DNA of 64,000 nt, from the NCBI GenBank assembly GCA_964016885.1, contig OZ024742.1, forward strand, positions 57,226,001 through 57,290,000, read 5' to 3'. Position 1 is the first letter of the stretch, and every line of letters starts with the position of its first letter. Origin of the DNA: Eledone cirrhosa (taxonomy: Eukaryota). A program made the position numbers and the translations under genes. The notes beneath the pieces are model-generated. The model was not told the origin of the DNA. It saw only the letters and a list, made by a program, of their open reading frames with translations, and made no database searches. Positions 1-10,819 of this stretch are shown here, in pieces.

Positions 1-925
1 CCGAGCATTATAATAAATGTTTGGCGAATCGATACGTACATATATATATGTGTGCATGTATGTATATATATATATATACATACTACTGTACGTCTGTATA
101 AATATATGTATGTACGTATACATACTTATATTTAAGTAACAGCCGTACTAAGAGTGGGAAATGAAATTTCGTTTCATTTTTTCCGTTTATCGTTTTTGGT
201 GCACCCGGCCGATTAACCCACTCGATATGCAAATTGGGCTAATCGGCCGGGTGCACCGAAAACGATAAACGGAAAAAATGAAACGAAATTTCATTTCCCA
301 CTCTTAGTACGGCTGTTACTTAAATATAAGTATGTATACGTACATACATATATGTATACAGACGTACAGTAGTATGTATATATATATATATACATACATG
401 CACACATATATATATGTACGTATCGATTCACCAAACATTTATTATAATGCTCGGTGTGTTTGTAAACAAGCATCCCGTATTAAGCCGTAGTGTCTAGCAA
501 CCACCGTTGCTCGTTTGTTCAACACCGTCAAAGGAACGCTGTACTAGTTTCAAGCTTGTTAGCTATCGTAAGGAAAGTATATACTTTCGGACGTTCAACT
601 ATCTGGCAGGAAGGTATACGTTGCTGACGATAGCTAACAAGCTTGAAACTAGTACAGCGTTCCTTTGTCGGTGTTGAACAAACGAGCAACGGTGGTTGCT
701 AGACACTACGGCTTAATACGGGATGTTTGTTTACAAACACACCGAGCATTATAATAAATGTTTGGTGAATCGATACGTACATATATATATGTGTGCATGT
801 ATGTATATATATATATATACATACTACTGTATGTCTGTATACATATATGTATGTACGTATACATACTTATATTTAAGTAACGGCCGTACTAAGAGTGGGA
901 AATGAAATTTCGTTTCATTTTTTCT

Positions 926-930
<5 letters not shown>
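1..930. mobile_element. Non-coding hammerhead-bearing repeat (family F1) in a zig-zag inverted arrangement, truncated by the window start
   Basis: Arms ~1-215, ~238-568 and ~627-930 are near-identical alternating inverted copies. Homologous to 31762-32825. Ends in (TA)n. Confidence 0.85.
618..660 (+). ncRNA. Type I minimal hammerhead ribozyme (F1)
   Basis: ACGTTG-CTGACGA-t-AGCT-aaca-AGCT-t-GAAA-C-TA-GTA^-CAGCGT. Stem I ACGTTG/CAGCGT, palindromic stem III ACTAGT. Confidence 0.85.
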
Positions 931-961
<31 letters not shown>

Positions 962-966
<5 letters not shown>

Positions 967-1191
967 TGTATATATAGTGTATTTTGCAATACACTGTATG
1001 CTTAATTAAAAGCTTTTCGAAAACCTTATGCAATTGTTTTAGAGTAGTGACAGTCTCACTTACTTTAATTTTCAGCAAACAGGGGAGATAAAGCTGACAG
1101 AGCTCTGTTTCGCATTTCTTTATGCTTATCAAAGCTAACTACTCCTCCTCTTTGTTGAAAATCATGAATGTTTGATTCTCATAGAATTCTA

Positions 1192-1193
<2 letters not shown>
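962..1193 (-). mobile_element. Partial copy of hammerhead-bearing repeat family F2, flanked by (TA)n
   Basis: Reverse complement of 1508-1735. Also matches 49190-49415 and 61240-61400. Confidence 0.85.
1092..1136 (-). ncRNA. Type I hammerhead ribozyme, U3-A8 core variant (F2)
   Basis: Minus strand AGCT-TTGATAA-GCAT-aaagaa-ATGC-GAAA-CAGAGCTCT-GTC^-AGCT. Palindromic stem III ACAGAGCTCTGT. Confidence 0.8.
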
Positions 1194-1269
<76 letters not shown>

Positions 1270-1408
1270 CTATATACAATATTAAATAAATGGAAAACTA
1301 TATTTATTTAATATTGTAAATATACTCCAAGTATTTGTCGAGTGCTTTTATATCAGTTATAAATATTTACTAGTTGTAACCCAACAATTTTAAATATAAC
1401 TTTACATA
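1270..1408 (+). repeat. Fragment of the F10/Naiad pseudo-LTR end, with a short inversion
   Basis: Matches the reverse complement of 36716-36810 (CTCCAA...GAGTGCTTT-ATATCAGTTATAAA...CCCAACAA). Confidence 0.6.
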
Positions 1409-1425
1409 TATCGCTATATATATAT

Positions 1426-1768
1426 ATCGCTATTTCAGAGCACCAATTCTAATTTTCAATTTCTGCTTGACCTGCCACCGCTCTGTATAATCAGTTACTG
1501 ATTATTACTAGAATTCTATAAGAATCAAACATTCATGATTTTCAGCAAACAGGAGGAGTAGTTAGCTTTGATAAGCATCAAAAAATGCGAAACAGAGCTA
1601 TGTCAGCTTTATCTCCCCTGTTTGCTGAAAATTAAAGTGAGACTGTCACTACTCTAAAACAATAGCATAAGGTCTTCGAAATGCTTTTAATTAAGCATAC
1701 AGTGTATTGCAAAATACAATATATATACATTCATATATATATCGCTATTTCAGAGCACCAATTCTAAT

Positions 1769-1772
<4 letters not shown>
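1426..1772 (+). mobile_element. F2 element, ~315-nt monomer plus terminal direct repeat
   Basis: TATTTCAGAGCACCAATTCTAATTTT at 1431 and again at 1746. One hammerhead inside. Flanked by (TA)n. Confidence 0.85.
1564..1608 (+). ncRNA. Type I hammerhead ribozyme, U3-A8 core variant (F2)
   Basis: AGCT-TTGATAA-GCAT-caaaaa-ATGC-GAAA-CAGAGCTAT-GTC^-AGCT, enclosed by the long helix TTTTCAGCAAACAGG/CCTGTTTGCTGAAAA (1539-1631). Confidence 0.8.
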
Positions 1773-1773
<1 letters not shown>

Positions 1774-1847
<74 letters not shown>

Positions 1848-1893
1848 CATGCATTTCTGTTTCTCTCTCTTTCTCACTCACTCTCTTTCACAG

Positions 1894-1954
<61 letters not shown>

Positions 1955-2004
1955 TGGTACATATACGTGTGTGTGTGTGTGTGTCTGTGTCTGTGTCTGT
2001 GTCT

Positions 2005-2066
<62 letters not shown>
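1774..2066. repeat. Compound microsatellite (TA)n, (TC)n, (TG)n/(TGTGTC)n
   Basis: Direct inspection. Confidence 0.95.
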
Positions 2067-2381
2067 AACCATATAAATATATTCTGCTTCAAAATGCTAA
2101 TAGGTTATTATCCAGTATTTCATCAGATAGATCTTCCTTCAACAAAGTAACCTCTTATTATAGAAACCATTGAAATGTGGCGGATGTAAAGATTATATTA
2201 ATTAAATAAATAATATTAATTTTCAGAAACTTCTAAATAGAATATCTAAAATTGCGTGGTTTAATTCTCCATTCAGTACACATAAATCTAAGCATTTCTT
2301 ATTAGATAAACTCATGTAGAATCATAATAAATGATTTCCATCAGAAATATTCAATTTCACTTCAGCTCTATTAATAATATT

Positions 2382-2606
2382 GGTGGTGGATTGGCAGTAT
2401 CGGTAGAGCATCGGACAACATATGGTTTATGGCATAGAGTTACCCCTTTACGATCTGAGTTCAAATCCTACCGAGGTTAGCTTTGCTTTTCATCCGTACG
2501 GAGTCGATAAAATAAAGTAATGCACAGAGGTCGAATTAATCGACAACTCCCCCCCCCCCCCCCCCAAACATTGTTGGCCTTGTGCCTAAATCAGAAACCA
2601 ATATTA
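2382..2606 (+). mobile_element. tRNA-derived SINE (Octopus-type family)
   Basis: A-box-like TGGCAG, B-box GAGTTCAAATCC, body GAGGTTAGCTTTGCTTTTCATCC...GTCGATAAAATAAAGTA. About 9 copies in the window. Confidence 0.8.
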
Positions 2607-2639
2607 GGAATATTAAACCAGCGTCCATGAAGAATTTGA

Positions 2640-2847
2640 AGGCAGTGGATTGGCAGAATTATTTGAGAGTTGGACAAAATGTTTTACAGCATTTAGTTAA
2701 GGCTCTTTACCTTCTGAGTTCAAATGACACCGAGGTCAACTTTGTCTTCATCCTTCCGAGGTTCATATGTACCAGTCATGTACTGAGATGAATGTAACCG
2801 ACTTTCCCCTCTCCTCATATTGTTGACCTTATTAGAAATCAATATTT
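2640..2847 (+). mobile_element. tRNA-derived SINE, tandem second copy
   Basis: GAGTTCAAATGACACCGAGGTCAACTTTGTCTTCATCC. Confidence 0.75.
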
Positions 2848-3837
2848 AACCATCATCTATATCTAATAATTCCATTCACACAACTGTTTTAATCCTATTT
2901 GCAATAAATAATTCAGTTTTCGAATTCTATGATTAGTTATTTGAATATCATTTTAAAGAATGATTTCATCAGCATCGTTATTCCTTTACAAATCCTGAAA
3001 GATCTTTGGATACAGGTTTATCACAATACGCACGGTCCTTAAAAAATAACAACGTTAGAGACTATTAAATTATTTGGGGTATATTACAACAGACCGACAA
3101 TTCAAGCAAGGTTACTACTAGCGTGGTAGTAAAAAAAAAACTAATACATTGTTTCATTACACTTCCATATATAACTATGCATAAATATTATCAAAAACAT
3201 TTATGTAATTAACATGCATTTTCAATAGTTTATCTTTTTTTTAAATGTTTTATATAACTAAATTATCTAATTTATTTCTTGCTTGAGAATCGGCAACGCG
3301 CCCAATTGATAGTCGCAATTCATATTATTCCAACATAAAATTATATTTATCAACTCTTCCATATGTGTGTGGGGAGCATATATATATGTGTGTGTGTGTA
3401 CATAGTAGAGGTGCAATTGAATTGCGTTCACATGTGGTATGCTAAGATGAGCACTCGATCCTCTTGGGGAGCAGAATATCAATAATAATAATAAATGGAC
3501 GTACGTCTACATGTGAGAACACATCTGAGAAGCTTCCGATTCCAGAATCAGGAACGAATATTAGTCGATCGTTCCTCGAGCTAATCGGCAGTGAAGCATA
3601 TGTAATATGCAATTAAATATGTATATGACGCAATACTGATCCTTTGTTCCCTATTTAATATTATATTTATATATATATGTTTTGTATTCGCTTTGCAAGA
3701 TTCTTGCCGTGAAAGCATGTGTTGTCGTTTAGAAGGGTCATGTTACCAATAAAAAATACACGTAGTAGTTGAGTTTCTTTGGTTTAAATCACGTAACTAA
3801 TTCATCAGTTGCTTTAGCAACCAGATAGTTATTTAAT

Positions 3838-3882
3838 TGTCACAACTTTTTCGTCAAACATTCTGTCACCTTCTCAATGACT
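3838..3882 (-). ncRNA. Degenerate hammerhead remnant (F3)
   Basis: AGTCA-TTGAGAA-g-GTGAC...TTGAC-GAAA...TGACA. Homologous to 52131-52175. The cleavage site is mutated. Confidence 0.4.
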
Positions 3883-3967
3883 ATCGACTAATAATTAAAA
3901 CTGAAGTGAAACTGAACTGGTGCGTGTGTTTTATTGGCAGCAAGCGAATGTATGCATACACACACAT

Positions 3968-4043
<76 letters not shown>

Positions 4044-4447
4044 TGGCTGCCAACTCGTTTTCGAGTACGGCCACTACTTTATATCCATGTAGGAGAACCC
4101 CTACCGATGCGCTGAACGAGTGTGACTTTTTAGTCCAGCCAGCGACTTGAAAACTCTGGTACAGACACAACACTTGTGACAATTACTGACACGTAGTGCT
4201 GGGCCCATGGTACCATGTGACAACAAGTGCAGAGAGATCTCCAGATATAAAGCAATGCCTGTGCCGTGAAGCTTTTATAGTGAGCAAAGGCACTGCACAA
4301 AGCCAGTCCCACTCTCTTAACCAAGATGATATTTACCAAAAAGAAGAACAAGTCAACATCATTGGATACCATCATGGTTGCAGGTGTTATATCAGAGTTT
4401 TCCTTCTCCTAAAATTCTGCCTTGGCAAAGACTAAGGGGTCATCCCT

Positions 4448-4451
<4 letters not shown>

Positions 4452-4481
<30 letters not shown>

Positions 4482-4626
4482 TGTATGTATGTATGTATGT
4501 ATGTATGTATGTATATACATACATGTATGTATGTATATACATACATACATACATACATACATACATACATACATACATACATACATACATACATACATAC
4601 ATACATAAATACATACATACATACAT
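4452..4626. repeat. (TATG)n followed by inverted (CATA)n microsatellite
   Basis: Direct inspection. Confidence 0.95.
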
Positions 4627-4758
4627 AGTGAGTAAATTACAGCTGCGATTAACATTTTTCCCAATCAATCTTCAGAAATTGGCACAAAGCATTCAATGAG
4701 ATGATTTCGATAAATTATAGCTCAGAGTAATAACAGACGTGTGACACAGTGAAAATTG

Positions 4759-4857
4759 CGGCCGGAGAGATATTATCACAAAAGCCACTAAAACCACAAA
4801 AATACAAACAGGTTAACCTGTTTTTGTAGTGGCTTTTGTAGCAACATCTCTCCGGCC
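4759..4857. repeat. ~100 bp imperfect hairpin or foldback
   Basis: GGCCGGAGAGAT...CAAAAGCCACTA / TAGTGGCTTTTG...ATCTCTCCGGCC, with inner palindrome AAACAGGTTAACCTGTTT. Confidence 0.75.
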
Positions 4858-5118
4858 ATAGATAGACAGACAGACAGACAGACATATAGATATATTTCTT
4901 TATTTACCATAAAGGCATAAAAAGAAGGGACAAATACAAAGGGGGAGTTTACATACAATCGAGTAAAAAGGGTATAAAATGAAAATAATCGAAAACAACC
5001 TCAAAAGGGAGGGGACGTGATGGGGGGTTGCACACCCCCCCCCCTCCCCAAAAAAGTGTGCAATCCTTTGCCCGGGGAGCACATGGAGAAGGTGCTCCCC
5101 TCTCCTTCACTTCTTTAC

Positions 5119-8100
5119 CTACAGGATGGTATACAGAGAAGGCCCATTTACACGAGCCATTCTCGCCACTATCACCCACCTTTCATAAAACTGCCTGTGG
5201 CCAAGCACCTCTCTCTCCATTCTTATCCTTCTTCCGAAGTGATATCGGAAGAAGTAGACCAGACTATGGCCAGAGAGGAAGTTGCCTGACCTCAGACCTT
5301 TCAATCGTGTCCACCAAACAACCTCTTTCAACATGGCTATTACGCACAGAAAAACCGCCTTTGCTTTCTTTGTGAAGAGGGGAGGCGGTTTGATTGTCAT
5401 CACGGACTCAGCGGTCAATTGAATCGGCGCCACCCGCGACAGCAGTCGTTCGGCGTAGCCCCACAGATCAGCCACGCCCGGACATTGCACCAATGCGTGC
5501 GCAACGGTTTCTTCGTGACGCACGCATCTAGGGCAAATCTTTTTTGAGGGATCCCTGCCCGGGCGTCCGTGTCTGTAGAGCCTCTCTCGAACGGGTAGAG
5601 CCCCGCGGTAGCACTGCCAGGCCAGTGACTTCTGGAAGTTGTCCATTGGTCCTGGGCCGAAAGTCCTACCGAACAGGCTGGCCAGTTCGTCTTCCTCCAT
5701 GTCCAGCGACTCTCCAAGGGTGTCATCGCCTCTGCTAGCCACCAGCCCTCTATAGAATGATGAGGTGGATTCTCCACCGATGGCCTGGCCCGCTTGCCAG
5801 AAAGCCCTGAGCGCCTGAGCACACTCAGTGTGCCAGTCTCCCAGTTTTCCGGATCTTTGCTTGACCCAGGACTGTAGCTCGGTGAGTGAGACGAGTCTCG
5901 GAAAGGCTCGTTTCACGAACGGAGCCCACACCGGTTGACCAGTGAGGAATACCTGTAGGTGCCGTAGCCTTAATGCGTGCCTACGCATCATCAACCACGG
6001 CATCCCCAGCCCTCCTTTCGAAGGTTGTTGGCAGCAGATGGATCTTCTCACCATAGGAGGGCGCTTCTTCCAAAGAAATTGGAAGAGCATGCGTTCCATG
6101 GTGGTGAGTGTTTCCTTAGGGCAAGGCACGACAGTCAGGCGGTAGTAAGTGACGGACGCTATGTAAATGTTCGCCACCTCCGCCCGGCCTTTTAGGGACA
6201 GCTTACACTTGGCCCATTTCTGGGTTAGTGCAAACACCTTGTTCGTAACCTCGTTCCAGTTCTTTTCCACCTGGAGGTCCGGTCCAAACCAGACCCAAGC
6301 AACTTTACCGGGCCCTCCGTCCAGTGTCCGACGACACCGTCGGGAGGCATCGGTCTGCCTCTCCACGTTCCGAGTTGCAGCCCGATGGATTTTTCCCGGT
6401 TCAGTTTCGCTCCTGACAACCTTTCGTAATCCTCCAGTAAGGTACCGATCGCCTCGATCTCCGAGTCGGTCGATACCATTACTGTTACGTCATCGGCGTA
6501 GGCCGACACCGCTTTGCTCAATCCTGGTTCCAGGGGGATACCCTGCAACAACTCCAACTTCCTCAGTAAAGGCTCGAGAGTCAATACGTACAGAAGGGAG
6601 GAGAGAGGGCACCCTTGTCGAATGGATCGTGTGATTTCGAACGGCTTCGAAAGGTAGCCGTTCACCTTGATCCTAGAACAGATGTGGTTGCTATGTAAGG
6701 CAGTGATCCAGCCTCTGAAAACAGGACCGAACCCAGCCGCCGCTAGCACCGCATCCAGGTAACCATGGTCGACCCTATCGAAGGCCTTAGACTGATCCAA
6801 GTTGATCAGGGCCCCACCGAAGCCGGGTTTGTTGCCAACCCTCTCTATGATGTAACGCATGAGGTGGAGGTTATCGTGAATGGACCTGGATGGGATAGCA
6901 CATGTCTGCGCATCTCCCACCAGGCTACCCACGACAAGCGCCAACCTCTTTGCTAACACCTTGGCCAGAATCTTTAACTCTGTGTTTAGCAGGGTTATGG
7001 GCCGAAAATTATTTATACTATCCCCCTTGTTCTCGTCCTTCCTCACCAGCGAGACTACGCCCTTGGCTACAGAACAAGGAATTCTCCCGTTCTGCTGCCA
7101 ATTGCAGTAGACCGCTTCGAGGAGTTCGGAGAAGAAGACCGGCATTGCTAAATAAAGTTCGTAAGGTATACCATCGAGACCTGGAGATTTGCGTCTGCTG
7201 CATTGGCTCAGCGCATCTCCGATCTCATCAGCCGAGATTGGTCCCTCTCAGGACTCTGCCTCTTCGCTCGAGAGACGCGGCAGGCCGTCGAGGTATGGAC
7301 CGAAATCCACGTCCCCGCCCGGACCCTCGCCTCCCCCGAACAATCGGGCAAAGTGCCTTTGAAAGGCCTCGCACATCTGCTTAGGCTCCCGGATCACCCG
7401 TCCATCTTCGTCTTGCAACGACCGGATGGTGGATCGATTTCCACTCTTAGCTTCTGTCACGCGGGCCCAGCCAACGGCTTTGGCCCCCTCATTACCTAGA
7501 GCACGTATTTTACTTCGAATGACGCAGCCTTCGTGCTTTGCATCGAAAAACTGGTTCAAGGCCGTCCTCGATGCCATCACTCTGGCCACATCTTCGCTCT
7601 TGATTGCCTCTTCTAATTTACCTGTTAATTCTTTCTCGTTTCTATTCCTATCGGCAGCTAACATCTTGCTATAACTTATTGATTCTGTTTTAATCTCTCT
7701 TTTGAGAGATGCCCACCATCGGTTGTTGACGATTGCACCCGTCAACCTCTCCTTAACTAATCTGCTAATCCGGTTTCTCTAAGTCTCTTTTGCCGGTAAA
7801 GACAAATTAAGTTTCCAGTAACCGGGACCCTGTTTATGTGTTTTCTCGAGATTGACTACGCAGGTCACTAATTTGTGATCCGTGTAGCCAACCGTGCGCA
7901 TTTCTGGACAGCTTAATATGTCCCTATCCTTACTTCTCACTAAGAATCTATCTAAGTACGATCTAGATTGACCACTGTGGTTTCTCCAAGTCCAGGTAGG
8001 CACAGTTGGAAAATCTAGTCGATATCTATCGACCAAGTTAAAACGGTCGAGTAACCCCTTGAGGCTGTTACACCCCCCTCTATTAGGACATGCTCCTGCA

Positions 8101-8555
8101 TAGTCCCAACGTGCATCTAGGATGTCATTCCAATCCCCCACTAGAAGCAGGGAACGCGACGTTCCCAGAAAAGTCTCTAAACGCTGGAAGAAGTCGGGCC
8201 GTTCAGCTCCGAAAGGGGAGTAGACGGCGACCAGTCTTAAGGCCGCACCTTCACTACTGTCAACGTCTAGCACCAACAAACGACTCTCCGGGTCCGAGTG
8301 CACAACCTGTACGGCAAGACCCAGGTGTTTTTGCAGCAGTACGACAACCCCACCCCCACCTCCAGGTTGACAGAGAGATGCATGCACCTCAAAGTCATCG
8401 AAGGTAGGGGCCAGCTGCCGCACGACGCTGATCCGAGTCTCACAGATAACCATTACATTTATACCACATGACCTGAGGTCATTTAGAAGCTTTGCTTGCT
8501 TCCAAGTTGAGCCCAGGCCACGTGCATTCAAACATCCTACTCTTAACACATCCAT
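5119..8555 (-). pseudogene. ORF2 of copy A: AP endonuclease + reverse transcriptase + C-terminal zinc finger
   Basis: LNARGL, GDWN, SYLDR, TDHK (APE). RPITLLN, DQSKAFDRVDH, RQGCPLS, YADD (RT). CPRC...H...C. Split by one stop codon and about two frameshifts. Confidence 0.95.
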
Positions 8556-8588
8556 GTGGGCGGCAGAGCCAAAGGAGAGTGTAGAGAC

Positions 8589-10486
8589 CTACCTTTCCGC
8601 TTCCCGGGGTTCGGGTCGCACGACTTCCATGGGGTCGGGGGTGTTGGGTAAAGGGGTGTCTTGTGGTGGTGTGGGGTCGTCAGTGTGTGGTGGGGTTGGG
8701 GTGTTTGGAGTTGTGTTGGGGAGGGGAAGGGGAGGGGGAAAGCTTTTTAGTAGGACGCGGTTTATGGGTTTGACAGAGGGTGGTCCTACGTCCTCCTTAA
8801 AATCCATTTTTAGTTTTTGGTAGAGGTTCATTGGGATCTTTATTAATTTTAAATGTGGGTAGTTTTCTGAAGAAACAAAGTTTACACCTTCGGTTTGTAC
8901 CGAAGGATTATTGTTTATGAGTTCATTTAATTTATTATTGTTTCTGTTGATGTAAGTATAGTGTAATGTCTTTTTTTCGGATGGTGTGAGTGTTTCGAAG
9001 AGGGGAGGGGCAGGTTTGGTTTTGTTTGTTGCTGGAGGGGTATTTTCTGTTTTGTTGGATTGTGTTGACATTTGGGTGGGGGTTGTTTGGCCTTGTGTGT
9101 TTTGCACATGTTTTCTTTTTTTCCTTTTAATCTGTCTGAAGGACTCCGTTTCTTCCTCCGAATTCGTTGGGTTATCTTCAGTGTTGGAGGGAAGAGGTAT
9201 GTTTGCTGGTAATATTTCCGTGTTGGTTTTCTTTGTGGGGGAGATGGATGTCACTATGTTAGACTGTGTTGTGTGTTGTGTCTGCGGTGGTTGTGTTGTT
9301 TTATTGAGTGAGGGGTTGGGTGGGCCTGTATTTTGTTTTGGGGTAATGTGTTGTGACTGTTTGTGTTGTGGTGGTGGTGTAGTTTTACTGAGGGACGGGT
9401 TGGGTGGGACTGAGTTTTGTTGTTTGTTTATCTGTTGTGGTGGTGGTGGTGGAGCTGGTGTTGGTAGCAGGGTTTTCTTTTTGTTGAGTTGGGGACAAGC
9501 GGCCTTCAGGTACCCTCTGCCTGCACAGATATGACAGGACGGCCTTCTCCCCTCCACGCTAATGTTTATATACCCGTGGCCCTCTAATAGGATTCTGTCG
9601 GGTATTTGGGCGATGCGTTCAGGCTTCATTTGCACTACCAGCTCTATACCTGTTCCACTGAACGCATTGCCTGTGGTTTTCCCAATGGAAATCACGTTGT
9701 CATTCACTGGATCGATGAAGCCAGCTATGAGCCAGCAGTAGTCCACATCTGGCATCATTGCATCCAGCCATATGCGTTGAGTTCTTTTACCCATATAAGA
9801 TGGATAAAAGGTAAAAAAATTTTGAACGAATCGGTGACAAAGCACATTTTTTTGCCGCCGATTCGTTCTTCATGATAATTGCTAGGCTTCCATACAGTCT
9901 GTCTTTTCTTATGAAAGTGGTTTCATTAAGTACTTCTGTGAGTACTGTTTTGATATCTGCTTGAGAGGGCTGTTCAGGTTTTTTTGAAGTGTTGTTGATG
10001 GTGCGGAACACGACCGTTCGACTTTCAATGTCTTTGGTGAGTTCTTGAGGCATTTTTACCGATAAAATACCATTCTCTCCTTCACTTATGTATTGTTTGG
10101 CGTCTGTGATTCTTCGTGCCACATCTGAAATATTTTCAGGTATATATGTCAAAGATTTCTTTGTTGTTTGTGTAAATGAAATCTTGTCGTCTGCTTTTCT
10201 TTCTGTTATGGTGTTATTTTCAAATGTTATTTTTGTGTTTGTTGTGTCTTTGTTTGTGGTATTAGTATTGTCATGCAATTTTTCAAATTTTTTTTTTTTC
10301 GTTGTTGGAATCCATGTCCAGATTTTTTTTTTCCGTCATTTTTCTCCGCAGATTCATCTGTTTTTATTTTATTTTTTCCTTCCTTCTCTATGACGTTAGT
10401 TGGGAAGGAAGGGGGGACTAAAGCGTGCGAGCTTACAACTCTTACCGCTGTCCCCCCACCACTATTTTCGTTCGCTTCGTTTAACA
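8589..10486 (-). pseudogene. Tx1-type ORF1 of copy A, frameshifted at homopolymers
   Basis: Pieces 10227-10640, 9787-10278 and 8589-9845. YMGKRT...VEGRRPSCHICAGRGYLKAAC knuckle (CCHC with H>Y), homologous to ORF1 of copies B and C. Confidence 0.85.
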
Positions 10487-10723
10487 TTTCTGTCAGACGA
10501 TTGAAATTTTTTTTTGCCACAAAATTTTTTAAAACAGGTTTTTCAGCTCTAGGAGGGGTAAAGATGAGCTGACCCACCGCCTGACAGTTCAGACGGGGGG
10601 TCAAGCTACACAATAGTATCAAAATTAAATTTGAACTCACAAAATTTCCGCAATAAATTTGAACAAAACTTCTGCGCGAAGTGAATTACATCCACACTGT
10701 AGAACAGACGACAGCTAGATTAT

Positions 10724-10819
<96 letters not shown>
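10724..10819. repeat. (GATA)n microsatellite between Tx1 copies A and B
   Basis: Direct inspection. Confidence 0.97.

Larger units (their letters stand above)
4893..10716 (-). mobile_element. Tx1/L1-clade non-LTR retrotransposon, copy A, near full length, few disruptions
   Basis: ORF1 (zinc knuckle, Pro/Thr-rich) and ORF2 (APE, RT, C-terminal CCHC). AATAAA near the 3' end. GATA/GACA tracts at both ends. Confidence 0.95.

Noticed and set aside
2085-2135. Minus-strand CTGATGA resembling a hammerhead start
   Set aside because: No proper GAAA, stem III or stem I closure. At best a heavily decayed remnant.
1707-2173. ORFs rich in YI, CV, HT, ER or SL dipeptides here and throughout the window
   Set aside because: They are translations of (TA)n, (TG)n, (GA)n and (TATG)n microsatellites, not genes.
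2950-2976. Minus-strand CTGATGA with a small stem
   Set aside because: No downstream GAAA. Likely chance.
5415-10572. Numerous plus-strand and alternative-frame ORFs over the Tx1 elements (also 11.7-16.2 kb and 42.3-46.6 kb)
   Set aside because: Antisense or off-frame shadows of GC-richer LINE coding sequence with no recognisable motifs.
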